Source: Adineta vaga (lineage: Eukaryota > Animalia > Rotifera). From it: a DNA stretch of 64,000 bases. The notes under the pieces are model-generated. The model was not told where the DNA came from and searched no databases. It saw nothing but the letters and a program-made list of their open reading frames with translations. The translations under genes were made by a program, and so were the position numbers. Shown here in pieces: positions 27,361 through 41,294 of the stretch (position 1 is its first letter; every line of letters starts with the position of its first letter). The stretch covers positions 8,990,001-9,054,000 of the forward strand of contig CP075494.1 of NCBI GenBank assembly GCA_021613535.1. The letters are read 5' to 3'.

Positions 27361-28907
27361 ATGACTACAGAAATCAATGTTGTTATCATCGGAGAGACAG
27401 GCAGTGGTAAGAATGAAATTTTCATCGAAATCAGCAGCAATCTTTTGTTTCATCCGTAGGTAAATCGACATTAATCAATTATTTAACAAATCTATTTTAT
27501 AATGGTTCATTAACGAATCTCAAATTAGCAATATCAACACGTTATTTACAAGCAAATATGTCTTCAGTAATGACGAGAGATCATGAATATTTCCAAAATG
27601 ATGTTACACTTCGTCAAACTAGTCAATGTACAAAATATCAATATAAAGTGAAAGATGTCTATTTCAATTTTTATGATACATCCGGAATAAATGCTACTGG
27701 AAGTTATTCAGTTGATAATGAAAATCTCGAAAAATTATTTCACTGTATTCAATCATTTGATCATCTTACTGCTTTAGTTCTTGTTATCAATGGAACACAA
27801 GCACGATTAACAATTAATATTAAAATTGTTCTCGAATGTCTTTACAAACGTTTACCGAATGTATTTCATAAAAATCTAATCATTATTCTAACGAATTGTA
27901 CTTCTCATACTGTTAATTTCGATTCGATCAAATTATTCAAACATTTACCTATATTCTATATGCAAAATTCTGCATTTTCTTCTGAACCTCAGACATGGTC
28001 AACAAAAATATATGATATTTTACAACACGATTGGAATCAATCTATTACTACAATGAATGAGTTCATTAAAAGTTTACTTTTATTAACACCTATTTCTACT
28101 CGATATCTGACTGAAATGAAAAATGATCAAGATAGAATTCGAAGTATTTTACATGAATGTCGTCTTATAATCATGGAATTAACAACTTTAGAAGAAACAT
28201 CTGATATTTATACAACAAATATAGAAGAAAGTGATATACAAACAAAAACCATTCAAGTCAACGAAATCATTTCTACACCGTATCATAATACATTATGTTT
28301 ACAATGCAATACTGTTTGTCATGAACAATGTTCATTAACTGAAACAACACAAATAGGTGAACATGATTTTCGACATTGTATTGTGATGAATAATGGACAA
28401 TGTACACAATGTTTTGGTCAATGTTCATATAATATGCATTATCATGATTATCGTCTGATTAAATCAGTTTCAAGAACACTGAAATATCATAAATTTAACA
28501 AGGAAAAAATGATCTGCGATGAAGAATGTAAAACAGTTCAAGAAAGAAAAAATCTACTCGAACGATTATTACACGATCAAATGAAAAAAATTCATGATAC
28601 TTATCTTCGTTTACAAAATCATTGTCACGATTTCAGTCTAGTCGATGAATTATATACATTTATTCAACTTTTAAAGAATGATTTAATGACAATTAAATCC
28701 GCATCTGCAATTCATCAAATAAGAAAAGTAATTGATGAATTTCAAACATTCGCTAATAAAAAGTCAAGAATAAAAAAGAAAGCAATAGCCGCTCGTTCTA
28801 CAAATGAAAAATACGCTGAATATACAACTGAACAATTAATAGATTTAACTCGTCAATTCATTGAAGAACATTTACTCATTATTGAAGAATTACATCAACG
28901 ATGCTAA
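27361..28907 (+). CDS. P-loop GTPase (AIG1/septin-like G domain) with Cys/His-rich domain and coiled coil; possibly prematurely terminated
   Basis: Exon 27361-27406 plus the exon from 27460 give VVIIGETGS|GKST. G3 reads DTSG and the G4 region IILTNC. Cys cluster HNTLCLQCNTVCHEQC..CTQCFGQCSYNMHYH. Confidence 0.8.
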
Positions 28908-29059
28908 GGACTTTCTATAGGTTATCTATCTTCAACACAATTATTAACATTATGTGAATATTACACATCCTCTCGACTTTTATCTCCCGATAAACTTCTG
29001 TCATTATATTTGAAACTGCAAGTCAACTATGTTTACCAACTTTTATTTTACATCGATAA

Positions 29060-29967
29060 CTAAGCACGATGAAAAATTAAATTTATTAAATATTTTTTCA
29101 TATCATGATTGTAAAAAAACAAATCTATAACAACACATAACAAACATAATTCACTCAAAACAGAGAAAATTAAATATATTGAAAGTTCAATATATCGTCC
29201 ATAGGTTATTAATGGAATTAAACAAAGTGGTGTCCATCCAATAATATAGATACAAAATATAAAAATCAAATGTCGAAGAAGATAAATATCACGTCGACTA
29301 ATCTTTTGTTCTTGAACAGGAACTACTGGGAATTGTCCTTGTGGTTGAACACGACGCGATGACGAACGAACATGATTGAAAATGACTATATTAATAATCG
29401 AAATAGCTATCGTTGGAATGATCATACTTGTCACCATTCGATAGATAATCAACCAATATACTTCAGAACATAACTAAATTGGAAAATCATTTATTTAACA
29501 AAACAAATATATGTATAACTCACTGGTTTAACTTCCGAATAAATTAATGTTAAAAACGACAATATCAATGCGAGGATCCATTGTGCACATAGACAGATGA
29601 TAACCCAACGTTTTGATTTAAAGAAAAATTTGTTATAATATATGATTAAACAGCAACGATGAATCGAAATTGTAACAATACTAAATGAAAATTGAAGCGT
29701 TACTAACGTTTGTATGATATTTAAAATAGCACAAATGTGTTTTGATATAACAATAGTTTGATTCGCTTGAATTATTACAAAGTATGAAATCCAATAAATA
29801 ACAGAAGCAACTGTTATTAAGGAAAAATTTAACGTTAAGATATTATTATGTTGTTGAAATCGTCGAATAAATATAAGAGGAATAGAATAAAGTAAAGCGA
29901 AACATAATATTAATACAGCAACAACTATTTGAAGAATCCAAAGAATATGTTCAATAGTATTCATCAT
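29060..29967 (-). CDS. Orphan rhodopsin-like 7TM GPCR (chemoreceptor-like); two exons
   Basis: Seven hydrophobic helices, SIHRC at the DRY position, IGWTP in TM6 and DLFFYN in TM7. Intron at about 29475-29523. Confidence 0.8.
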
Positions 29968-30538
29968 TTGTAATTGAATGGAGATAGTTGAGTAAAAAAA
30001 AGATGAATCATTTTATTCCAGTTGAATAAATTCTTTCATTAAAAATATTCATAAGACTCCTTTTTCAAATAGAATTTCTTTTGATGAATATTTTCAATAC
30101 TAAAAAAAAACAAAAGTTTCAACCTAGATAATAGAAGCTACTTGAGAAGACTTCTCTATTTTCCATTTCATGCAAAGTTTAATGAATATAAACTTTGAAG
30201 TAGCTGAGTAATTGCAAATGGTTTTATATCAATGACGAAATATATTGGTTGTTAATGGTTGAAAAGTTTATTATAACACCAAAATTAGCTTCGTGTTCTT
30301 TGAAAATTGAATTAGCATATTATCGGATATGTTTTGAGAAGATGACACGTATTTCATCAAAAGTTCATTGTAACTGTATCCTAATCGTATAGTTCAATGC
30401 AGGTTCAAGAAGATTAGACTTAACTCACGATATTTATTTTTTGAAAAACAAAAACAGTAATCGCACGACAACAATATAATATCTAATTTAAGTTATTTCT
30501 CACTATATTAACAAGATCATTTTGAATCGTCTTTATTC

Positions 30539-31459
30539 TTAACAATTATTTCTTAGAAATATTGTTCGTAGATATTTTCGTAATTGATGATTATATAAAA
30601 AGAGATCAATGATATCGCATAGGAGAGCTAATTGACACCAAATTGTAAGACATGATAATAAAACAGGATTTATTGAAAATTGAGGTTGAAATGCAAGAAG
30701 TACATATAATGGTGTCCATCCTCCAATAAAAATACTAAACATTATAATCATATGTCGAAGTAGGTGAACATCACGTCGATTAATTTTCATTTGTTGTTCA
30801 TTACTAGAACGATATTGTGACGCTGATGCTAATGGTTGAATGCGAGTAGTGGATGATCGAACATTATTATACATGAGAATATTCGTGAATAAAAACATAA
30901 GACATGGTAATATAGCGATTACAACTAATTTATATATATCTACCCATCGTGAAAGAACACAACCCTATATTGATTGAAATAAAAATAATAATAAAATCTT
31001 CAGAAAATCATATCTTACCGATTCAATACCAGCTAAAGTTGGAAGAGAAAGAAGTGTGGTAAATATCCATTGAGTTAAAATACATATAAATATCCATCGT
31101 TTCTTTTTGTATATAGTCTTAGTGTAGTATTTTACACAAAAATAACGATTAATTGAAGCTGTTACCAAACTAAATGGAACTAATAATGTCAATATTGTTG
31201 GAAAAATACATACAAATACACATGAATTAATCATAAATCTGTATGTTTTTTGACGTTGTAACATAAGCATAATATAGAAAAGAAGCCAATAAAGTGAACA
31301 TAATGCTGTTGCCACACATATATTCAATGTAAGTATCATATGTGAATGATGAAATTGAGAAATACATATGATCGGAATGGTATAGATCAATGCAATGAAA
31401 AATATCAATGCAAATAAAACAATTCGAAGATAGGAAAAGATTTCATCGAAGCTTACCAT
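30539..31459 (-). CDS. Orphan rhodopsin-like 7TM GPCR, tandem paralogue of the previous gene; two exons
   Basis: SINRY, GGWTP and DLFLYN. Shares the SSxRxQP..KIxRRD loop and intron position with the 29060-29967 gene. Confidence 0.8.
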
Positions 31460-31493
31460 TGTGAATAGACACAGTCTCCTTGTTTTGACATAA

Positions 31494-31517
31494 ATATATA
31501 TATATATATATATATAT
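31494..31517. repeat. (TA)n microsatellite about 35 nt upstream of the GPCR ATG
   Basis: About 12 TA units. Confidence 0.9.
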
Positions 31518-32793
31518 GAGACTGTTTAGAGTTTCTTTCTACTCAGACACACATGATATATAATTACTAATTTGAAAAACCTATTTTTGCATTGCATGAT
31601 CAAGTTATTTTGATAGAATATGATGAGATGAGAAGGTTTAAATACGAGAAGATGTATACAATTAATACAGACTGCTAGAACAGAAGGTATAAGCTAGGAC
31701 AGAGAAGTTCTTTCATTTTTTTTAATAAAAGATGGGTTTAGAAGTTTGAAGAGTTCGAAATTTTGTTTTTGCTAATAAATTCATATAAACATAGCAAAAC
31801 ATTCGTAATATTCATTTGCAAGTGTGTTGTATAAAAACAGGTAGTCATGGGTGAAATACTATGTTATGTTTAAGATTCTCATTTTGAACATGTATTCGTT
31901 TGAGATGAAGAACAAAACTACGTCTTCTATTTGAAAAGAACCCTTGTTACATAGACTAAGTATATGATATCTAGAAAATTAGAACGAATAAAAGAAGATC
32001 AAGTGCCACAATTATTGTTTTATTAACAAAAGACTCTTCGACTCTTTGTTGGTTAGTACTTTTTGTGTGACATAATTCATTGCCTCTAATTAATATGCAA
32101 CGAATCGCTAATGTAATAGGATACATTGTACTCGGGGACAGATGTCTAAATTTTAAAAACTTTCAACAAGAAAACAACTAAATCGTCTTATTATCAAAGA
32201 TCTAAACAATATAATTATTCTTTCTTTCAATTAGGTATTCGCTTAATAAATAAAGTTGTAATATAGTCAGAGAAGTAATCATCCAGATGTCGTTAGTCTG
32301 TACAATTCAATGAAACTGAATAGTATTTTATTTTTTATGATTGGTTTTATTAACTACAGATGAAACATACTATGACACACACCTATGCATCAACCTGCAT
32401 GTTTATCAGCTGATTTTTTTGTCAAATTATTTTACACCGTCGTATAGTATTCAAAATCGAGATTAATCGATATATCTACGGAACATAGTATAATATAACT
32501 AAGAGTGTATATTTCTTTACATGGAATCAAACAAAAATAAGAAATAACTTTGTATAACACTTATAATGATTATCATTACTGTTTAAATGATAACAATATT
32601 TGATTGTAGCCTGAAAAGAAAAACATTAAACATCATTATTTTACTGTTGTTATCATCATGATGAAGTTGTTCGTCAAGGTCGTGCGACAATAGATAAGAA
32701 ATTTAGCACATAAAATAGGTTGAAATCAAAGAAAAAGCCAACAGTATATCTGAAAACTATTTCTATATACTTCTCTTTCTCTAGATTAATAAG

Positions 32794-35087
32794 ATGCGAC
32801 AAGTAACAATTGTCATTACGGCATGTACGAAGTTTTTTGTTATTTTGATTTTCTCCAAAAAATATTAAAATTGTTTTTTTTTCTAGTACTAGCCGTAATT
32901 GTTTCAATAAATGCAGGTCCAGTATTGAATGATGGTCTTCCATCACGATATCATGTAAGTGGTGTCATTCAATTACCGTATGCTGAAATAAGTGAACCAT
33001 TTGAATCATGGATCGATGTTCAAGCAGGATTTTCACGTATTGATTATTATGGTGGTTCGTTATATATTTGTTGATTAGCTTTGAACGATTGAAAAGCAAA
33101 GTTTTCATTTACAGGAGCAGCTAAAACTGTTCAACGAAAAGGACGTGGTGGTGAAGATTTTGGTGCTAATTATAAAATTGTACCAATGTCTGGTAAAACA
33201 AAAAATCTACGAAAAAATGAATGTTTCTTTGTAAAATAAAATTATTTCTTTGAATTAGATGAACAAGTTTTGAATAAAATTAGTTGTTTTCAAGCTAATG
33301 GTTCAAAAGAAGATTTAGTTGATGTACAACATACCATTCCTGATTTGACTACATTCGAAGTAATTTCATTAATTATGAATTCATTCGATTAGTTTCTTAT
33401 TTTGATGATTTATCTTAGGATTTAGGTCCAGCTGAATGGCGTGGAATAAAATGTCAAATGTATCAAACTGTTGATCAAGTTGGCGATAAAAAATCCACAT
33501 ATACTTATTATGTCAATTCAGCTAACAAACATCCAGTTCATTATGAAATGTTTGGTTATGATTCTCTCATTGGTTCACATTTTGATAAATATACCATCGA
33601 TTATTATAATTATGACGAAGACTCAATTGATCCAACTATTTTCCATGTTACAGACTGTAAGTAAAGAGATTCTACTTTCCTATTCAATCTCTATTGCTTT
33701 CATTTCCAATAGCAATGACTTGTACTGGTTTTCCTGGTCCTGGTCTTGACCATACATCTCCACGTGTATTATTTAATCCAATGAGTGAATATATCAATCG
33801 TCATGGTGAAGAACATCTTGAATCATCATTTGAACAATTTAAAAATAAACATGGACATAAATATGAATCTGATCATGAACATCGTCAACGTTTGAAAATC
33901 TTTCGAAGTAACGTTCGTTATATTAATACACGTAATCGTGCAGCATTATCATACAAAATGAAATTAAACAAATTTGCTGATCGAACAGTATGTTAGAAAT
34001 TTTGTCAAACGAATTGGATGAATTACTTTTCATAGGATGATGAATTACGTGTACTTCGTGGTCGTAGACATACCAAAGGTTATAATGGTGGTCTTCCATT
34101 TCCAAAAGAAGAATTCGCAAGCAGTAATGTTGCTATTCCAGACTCAATCGATTGGCGTATTATGGGAGCTGTAACACCTGTTAAAGATCAAGGTATTTGT
34201 GGTTCATGTTGGTCATTTGGTACAACTGGTGCTATTGAAGGTGCTTATTTTGTCAAAGTAATTTTAAGAATATCTTTATACCTATACAAAAAACATAATA
34301 TGATATTTCTTTCACTAGCACGGAACAATTGTTCGTTTATCCGAACAAGGTATGGATAAACATTTGAAAAAAAGAAAGAAACATGTTTTCTTTTTCTATT
34401 AATTAGATTTAATTGATTGTTCATGGGGATTCGGTAATAATGGTTGTGATGGTGGTGAAGATTTTCGTGCTTATCAATATATCATGAAACATGGTGGTAT
34501 TGCTCTAGAAGATGAATATGGTCCATATTTACAAGAAGATAGTTTCTGTCATCATGATAATACTACCAAAGGTGCAAAAATTCTCGGATATGTTAATATA
34601 ACCGAAGGTGATGAAGACGCATTACAAATTGCTATCGCTACGAAAGGACCCGTTTCTGTTGGTAAGAAAATTCATATTAGTTTTCTTTTCAATTTTAATC
34701 TTGAATTTTATTTAGCTATCGATGCTGCACATAAAGGTTTCTTGTTTTATGCTAGTGGAGGTAAGATATATATTTTTTTTTCGGAACTTCTAAATTTGAA
34801 TTATTCATCTTTTCTTGGTTTTAGTTTTCTATGATCCTGATTGTGGTAAGAGTTTATTTTCTTCAGAAGTTTTCAACTTGTCATTTTACATTCTTTAGGA
34901 AATACACCTGAAGCATTAGATCATGCTGTACTTGCTGGTTGGTTATGGTACATTATACGGTCAAGATTATTGGCTTGTAAAAAATTCCTGGTCAACTTAT
35001 TGGGGCAATGATGGCTATGTACTTATGTCACGTAAAAACAACAATTGTGGTGTTGCAACAGCTGCAACATATGTTATTATTCAATAA
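32794..35087 (+). CDS. 26/29-kDa proteinase (CfaD-like papain/cathepsin L family); 1-nt frameshift in the last exon as assembled
   Basis: Signal peptide [22 protein letters not shown]-terminal domain [22 protein letters not shown]29 propeptide. Catalytic motifs [28 protein letters not shown] and YWLVKNSW. Confidence 0.92.
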
Positions 35088-35764
35088 AATTTTGAACAAT
35101 TTTTGCTTTTCTTTTTTCCATTGATATAATTCAGTCTTTCGATGATATAACATTTGAGTTTTTGAAATAAAATTTCTTTTACGAGAAGAAAGATGTGGCT
35201 TTTAATTGATTTATATAAAAATATTTCTGTACTTTTTTTAGAACTAATGCAAAAATGATTGATTACCAATAGAGTCAGAAATAGATCTCGACGTTAATAC
35301 TAATCTCTAAGAAAATCGCGTGCTCACGTCTCAAAAAAGATTCAGTTTCTTTAGACATGCCCTCTTTATTCTCACCAATCAGATGTCTTAATAAAGTTTT
35401 CACTTTGGATCAAAATATTCCCCATTTATTCGTACTGAAACGTTAGCTCCTCCATTAATAATTTATTTTTAAGAATAATCTCCGTCTATTGGAAAAAAAC
35501 ATTTTTGTATATTATCTCACTCATTTTTAATCGATACAGTCAGTAGAAAGAAAAAGATTTTCTTCGTGATTTTCTACTTATCAGGCTAATAGAGTTGAAA
35601 AGAATAGAACACATAATATTGCATGATTTTGTCTCGGAGAATGTATTAGATTCTCATCATTAGACAATTTTGAGTACAACCAATGTCGGTGATTGCGTTT
35701 TTGTCATTTTATTCGTAAATATATATATACATATATATTGCACGAAGGAACGATATACAAATCA

Positions 35765-37076
35765 TCATCGATTATGTTCTATAGTTTGATATTGTCGGAG
35801 TTGAATTATATTTTGATCTTGTTTTATAGGAAGTTCTTGATAGAGTTGTTCTTTACCATTGTGTATGATTGAATGACGTCGATGATGATGTTTATAACAA
35901 TGTCGAAGAATTCTTTTATGTAGGTTTCTTAAATAACGCTTTGCAATACGTTTTAATTCAGTACGAAAGTGTTTGCCACTTAAACAATAAACATAGAAAT
36001 TCAATGAGCAACTTGCTAATATAATAATACTCGTTGCGTAGGCAAGTTCTATACTAGACGTCCAAAGATGAACTAATGATGAGGCACTGAATGAAAGAAA
36101 GAATAGTATCGAATGTAAAATTAAAATTATATTCATCCACGACATTTTGCCGAATGGTGCATTCGTTATTGGTGTTGTTGTTGCTGTTGGATTTTTAAAT
36201 GAACAACGTCTCATTGAAGGTCGACGTTGTTGATTACTATCATAGATATTTGATGGAGATAATTTTGATGTTGTACCAGTAACTAATGACATGGACATGT
36301 TATTATGATGATATTCTTGTCGTCGACGAACATGAGCTGTAGTAAGTAAAATACAAATAATAATTCCGATATTAAATAATCCAACTAGTATTGAAGGAAT
36401 GATTTCCGAAAATAAGAATCGTATTGTATGATAGTTAAAACCGAATGAAACACCTGTGAAATACGTTTGCCATTTGATTGGAGTATGATTAGCATCGAAT
36501 GTACATTTTGTTGTTGAATTTGTTGGATCAAAACTACAGAAGACAAGTTCGTTTTTTATAAATAGAAACAGAGAATCTTCTTTTCGAATATTACCTATCT
36601 AAAATCGGTGCATAGAAGAATGTAATTGGTCCCGAAACGGTCATAACCATTATTAATGAAATACAAATCATACATACATATTTATAGTTTTCTAATATGC
36701 GAAATTTTTCACGTCGATTAAATAGAACATTTAAACGTGATAGTACATAAATAAATCTCTCAATAACCCAAAAAACGGTAACCCATGCCGAAAGGACACG
36801 AAATGATGTTGTTAAACGAAATAATTTACATGCTAACCAATAAATATCAACAACATTTTTTGTTAACCAAAGTCGAGCTGTCGAATGAAGTAACAATGAG
36901 TATCGCACGATGCAAACTAGATTGATCGTAAATGATGTCAATGCCAATATAACATATGTTGAACAACAACGAAAACGACGTGATGAAAAAACAATTAAAC
37001 CAAGAAGATTGCCAATAAAACCCAAAATAAATAAAACAATACATATGTAATCGATAGTCATTGTAATGTACTCCAT
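35765..37076 (-). CDS. Rhodopsin-like peptide GPCR; two exons
   Basis: GFIGNLLG (TM1), ACK, IERF (DRY equivalent), SEIIPSIL (TM5) and NFYVYCLSGKHFRTEL (TM7/helix 8). Confidence 0.85.
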
Positions 37077-40000
37077 GATGAAGTCTTTTCTACTAAAAAT
37101 ATCAAAAGAAAAATATAGAATGACGAGAGAAAAAGAAAGAAATTGTTGTCATTCTATTGTGTTCTTTCTTTACTATTTCTAGAAGAAAATATAGTATTCT
37201 GCGTATATCTCAATAATTTCGTAGGAGAAAAAAAGGACAATAAAAGAATCTTAAACCATTTCATGTGTTCTAAGGAGCTTTTAGCTTTTGAAAATAACTG
37301 AAGATTATCTTCGAGAATGAAAACACATCAAGATTGAAGTAGAAAGAAATGATATCTTTGAATATTTTCTTATATATGTGTGAATGCCAAATAAGATTAT
37401 TGATATGCTCTTATGAGTTTCTAGAGTTTTGAAAATAGAATAATAATTAGTGACATGTATGTTAAAGTACACGTCTATAAGACGAAAATAGTGAAACAAT
37501 CTTCATTTTATTTATATGAACTCATAAAAAAATAAAATGTATCAATAGTTCATTATATAAATAGTACCCTTCTAATCTTAAAGAATGATAAATACAGATA
37601 ACATATTTGATATGGTTCTAATGAATGAACTAAAATAAATAATAAATGAATTAGGAAAAATTTCCATATTCTTAATGAAAAAGGAAAAAAAGAAAGAGAA
37701 TAATTCACTTTTTTCTTATTCCTCATACTAGATTGAATTTAAACCAATTTTTCTATTGAATAACTAATTGAAGATTTCTCGTCAATACCTACTTCTAGTC
37801 AAAAAGTCCTAATAGTTCTCTTAAATAAAGTTGTGAAGTTCAATTATGAAATTAAGCATTCTGTTCTCAAAATATTCCATGCAACGAATATTTTGTAAAT
37901 GCATTCATGCTTTCACAGTTCTTTTCTTTTCTATTCCAATGATTAATCTATTTCATATAATGATAAATAATAAAACACGACTAATGATGACAGTTGGTGA
38001 TTATTATTGGAAATATGAAGATAAACGACAAAGAAAGTGAAAACATATTAGTCAAATAAACAGAATCAAAGACGATACTGATTGATATTCGTAGGACTTC
38101 TTTTTAATATGAAAAAAAAACAAACAAACAATTTTTATCCGTATTAAAACAAATTCATTTCATGCGTCTCAGAACCTTTGAACTTGCTCTGCCTATTAAT
38201 CAGAAACTATTGAGATTAATTTTAAACCTTACAAGAAGAAAAAAACAGAATTGTAAAGGAATAATCTTTAAAATAATAAAACTCTATAAGACTAGGACAA
38301 AATGGAGACAATAAATCTTTTTTTTATTGTAGTATTCGAACTATATTTTAACATCAGTAGTCGTGTGCGGTATGAAAACAAAAAAGCTTTTCCACACGGC
38401 CTCTTTAGAACTAAAATATGAAATTCGTATGTGAACACATCTGTATATGTTTGGCTAGAAACTTACATTTACTTATTTTTCTTCGAAATATATTCTATTT
38501 CTATAAATTGGTTCGTAATGATTAGAGGAAACATCAGACCTTACCTACGCCAATCAACTGTTTTCAAATATATTTACTTGGAACCAACTGGTGTGTAGAT
38601 AGACTGATGACGTGCGAATTCTCTCATAAATATTCATTTGTTCTCTGATAACTATTTTCAGTATTTGAACAATTTTATTTTTATTTTACTATCGGAAGTT
38701 AATTAATATCTAACAAACTATGTGTTAATCCATCGTTCCCTTCATAATAATATATAATTTCTTATTTGTTAACTATTCAGGAGGAAAATCTGATATTGAC
38801 AAAGTGAAAAGTAGTTAGAAAGAAATGTGGTCGTATTTTTTTCAGACTTTCATTGATATTAAATATCATGAATCTGATATGAAAGGAAAAGAATGATTTT
38901 GTTAGAAGTTCTGAGATCGACTAATTTCGATTATCCTTTGACGTCTACTGTGTATTGATATACTACTATTTTATGTAAATATAATCAGTATTGATTAGAA
39001 AGAAAGAAAAACGTTTTTATTATTATTCATCTCTGCTGATTTAATCAGTCTATTTTTATAAACAATCAAAATAGAGAAAATATTTTAATTTGTAACTACA
39101 TTTTTAAGGAAAATAAACTCAGTCTTATGTTAAATAAATTCTCGTATGAAACAAAAAGATATATATATCAGAAAGGAAGTATGCATTGATATAACTGTAT
39201 AATTAAACTTGTATGGTTATTTAAGTCTTAGAGCTTTCGACATATTTGAGGCGTGTGATAATAGTCTCAAGATATTTTAGCATGGTAAATGTCTCTTCTT
39301 TCTTTTTGCTCTCATGCATTAATCTATTTCTACGTCTGCCACAATCTTTAGACCTACCAAGTATAAAAACTAGTGAATTTACAATTAGCCGGACCTGTAT
39401 TTTTCTTTCTACTAATTAGTTGTTTGTCTCATCATTTTTAAAACTATCCCACTCGTTTGTCAGTAAGAAAATCATATTAAAGTAATTATAATGAAACGAC
39501 TATGTTTATATTCATTTACATCGCTGTTTAAATCATGTAGCATAGTTTTGTATAATATAAATAGAGTAATTAAACCACGGAAATAGCAAAGAAGATAAAG
39601 ATTTGAAGAGACTTTCTATTACTTTACTAATCTTCAAAAAATGTTTTTTTTTACCGTATTAAGAGTTTGACATGATAATTCTTCTCACTAAAGTGTGGTC
39701 TCTTTTCAACTGTGAAACATTTCTGAAGTTTCAAATTTTTTATTCATTGTTTTGTGAAAGAATAAAAGATGTTTTACTATTTCTATTTTGTCTATCAGCC
39801 AACAATTAAATGAATTGAAGTAATTTACTCGTTGATCTATCAAACTTTAAAATATTGAAGAAAGTGCATGATAATTCATTTACGAAAGAAAAAAATCATT
39901 ATGCCATATAAGCTTTTCAATGTTCAAGTGTTATAATATACAATTGAAGAACAACCACTTCTTTTTCAAACTCATTCAGAAAAAAAGAAATTTTAAGTTT

Positions 40001-41294
40001 CAATTACACTAAAATCTATTTCCTACGAATGGAATAACATTATATTCTGAACAATTGTAGAGTTTGTTATAGAATCTCAATCAAAGAAAACTTCGATATG
40101 AGACGAACTTCTATCATTAAAAACGAATAAAGATCAATATAATTATATAGTGATTATTAATTTCTAATAGAAAAGCAATCGAAGAATAAGGATACAATAC
40201 ATTCATTTAGTTTTAAGATTCCATGACACTACTATGCAAAAAAGTGTACGAACATTGATCTATCATACTTATCAAACCTAGTGAACAATTTTTGTTCTAG
40301 AAATTATTTAATATGCTATCTTATTTTCTTCCTGTTTTTGTTTTGTTTTTACAAAATACTAACAAAAGGAGCATTAGAAAAGAAGAGAAAAGAAAAAGCG
40401 GGACTTACTGTCGTGTTACTATTCATCACTCTTTGACACACATGTATCGATTTAATTTATTCGGAATTCATGCATAGATGTTTGCACACTATTTTATAAT
40501 ATCAAAATATGTAATACACAATGAACTTATCCGTTGTCAATTTCCTTTTTCAAATTACTCATTGATTAAATCCGCTGGGAACAGTACGATGCATATGAAC
40601 AAAACAAAAAATAGAATCAAGGCTTTAATAGAAACGACCAACGAATACAATCTTGATGTTAACAATCTATTCTAAGTTCTTCTTGTTACAATAAAATATG
40701 TTCGAATGATGATTAAAATATATCTAGTAATATATTCTGTATTTATTGGCGTATGAAAAAAATGCAAAATTAAGTCAAAGAAACTTAATACATTATTTGA
40801 AATCACTATAATATCGATTATCGTAATATAGTCCACTATTATTCTCATACGAAAGTTTAGTCAGTCTACAATATATCTATTTGAAGATATTTTCATACAC
40901 CTAACTGATTTATGTATATATCGAATAGAAATTATCAATATGCGTGTATATGTATGTACAATAAATTCATATATCTTATCTTTCATTAATATCAAAGAGA
41001 ATGACAATATTCATAGGTACCATGCATGTTATCGTAAGAAGAATCTTTATGCGTCATTTTTCTTATCAAAAAATATATAACAGATAAAAGTGTTAATCAT
41101 TTCTTTGCTTATAATATTCACATCTTGTCATCCAGTACTTTTATATAGGCAGAAGAGGAGAAAAGGTCTAAATTTATCGAAAGAAAAAAAAATGATTTTC
41201 TTTCTTTAGTACGTAATATAATCCAAAGTTTCTTTCATTCTCTTCTGTTTTCAATTCATGTAAATATATCATATGTCGTTTTAGAAAATAAAAA

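Noticed and set aside
37100-41290. 4-kb gene-free region examined for a transposon, ncRNA or array
   Set aside because: No terminal repeats, transposase/RT remnants, tRNA fold or periodicity visible by eye. It is probably a divergent regulatory region; a repeat-library search would be needed to be sure.
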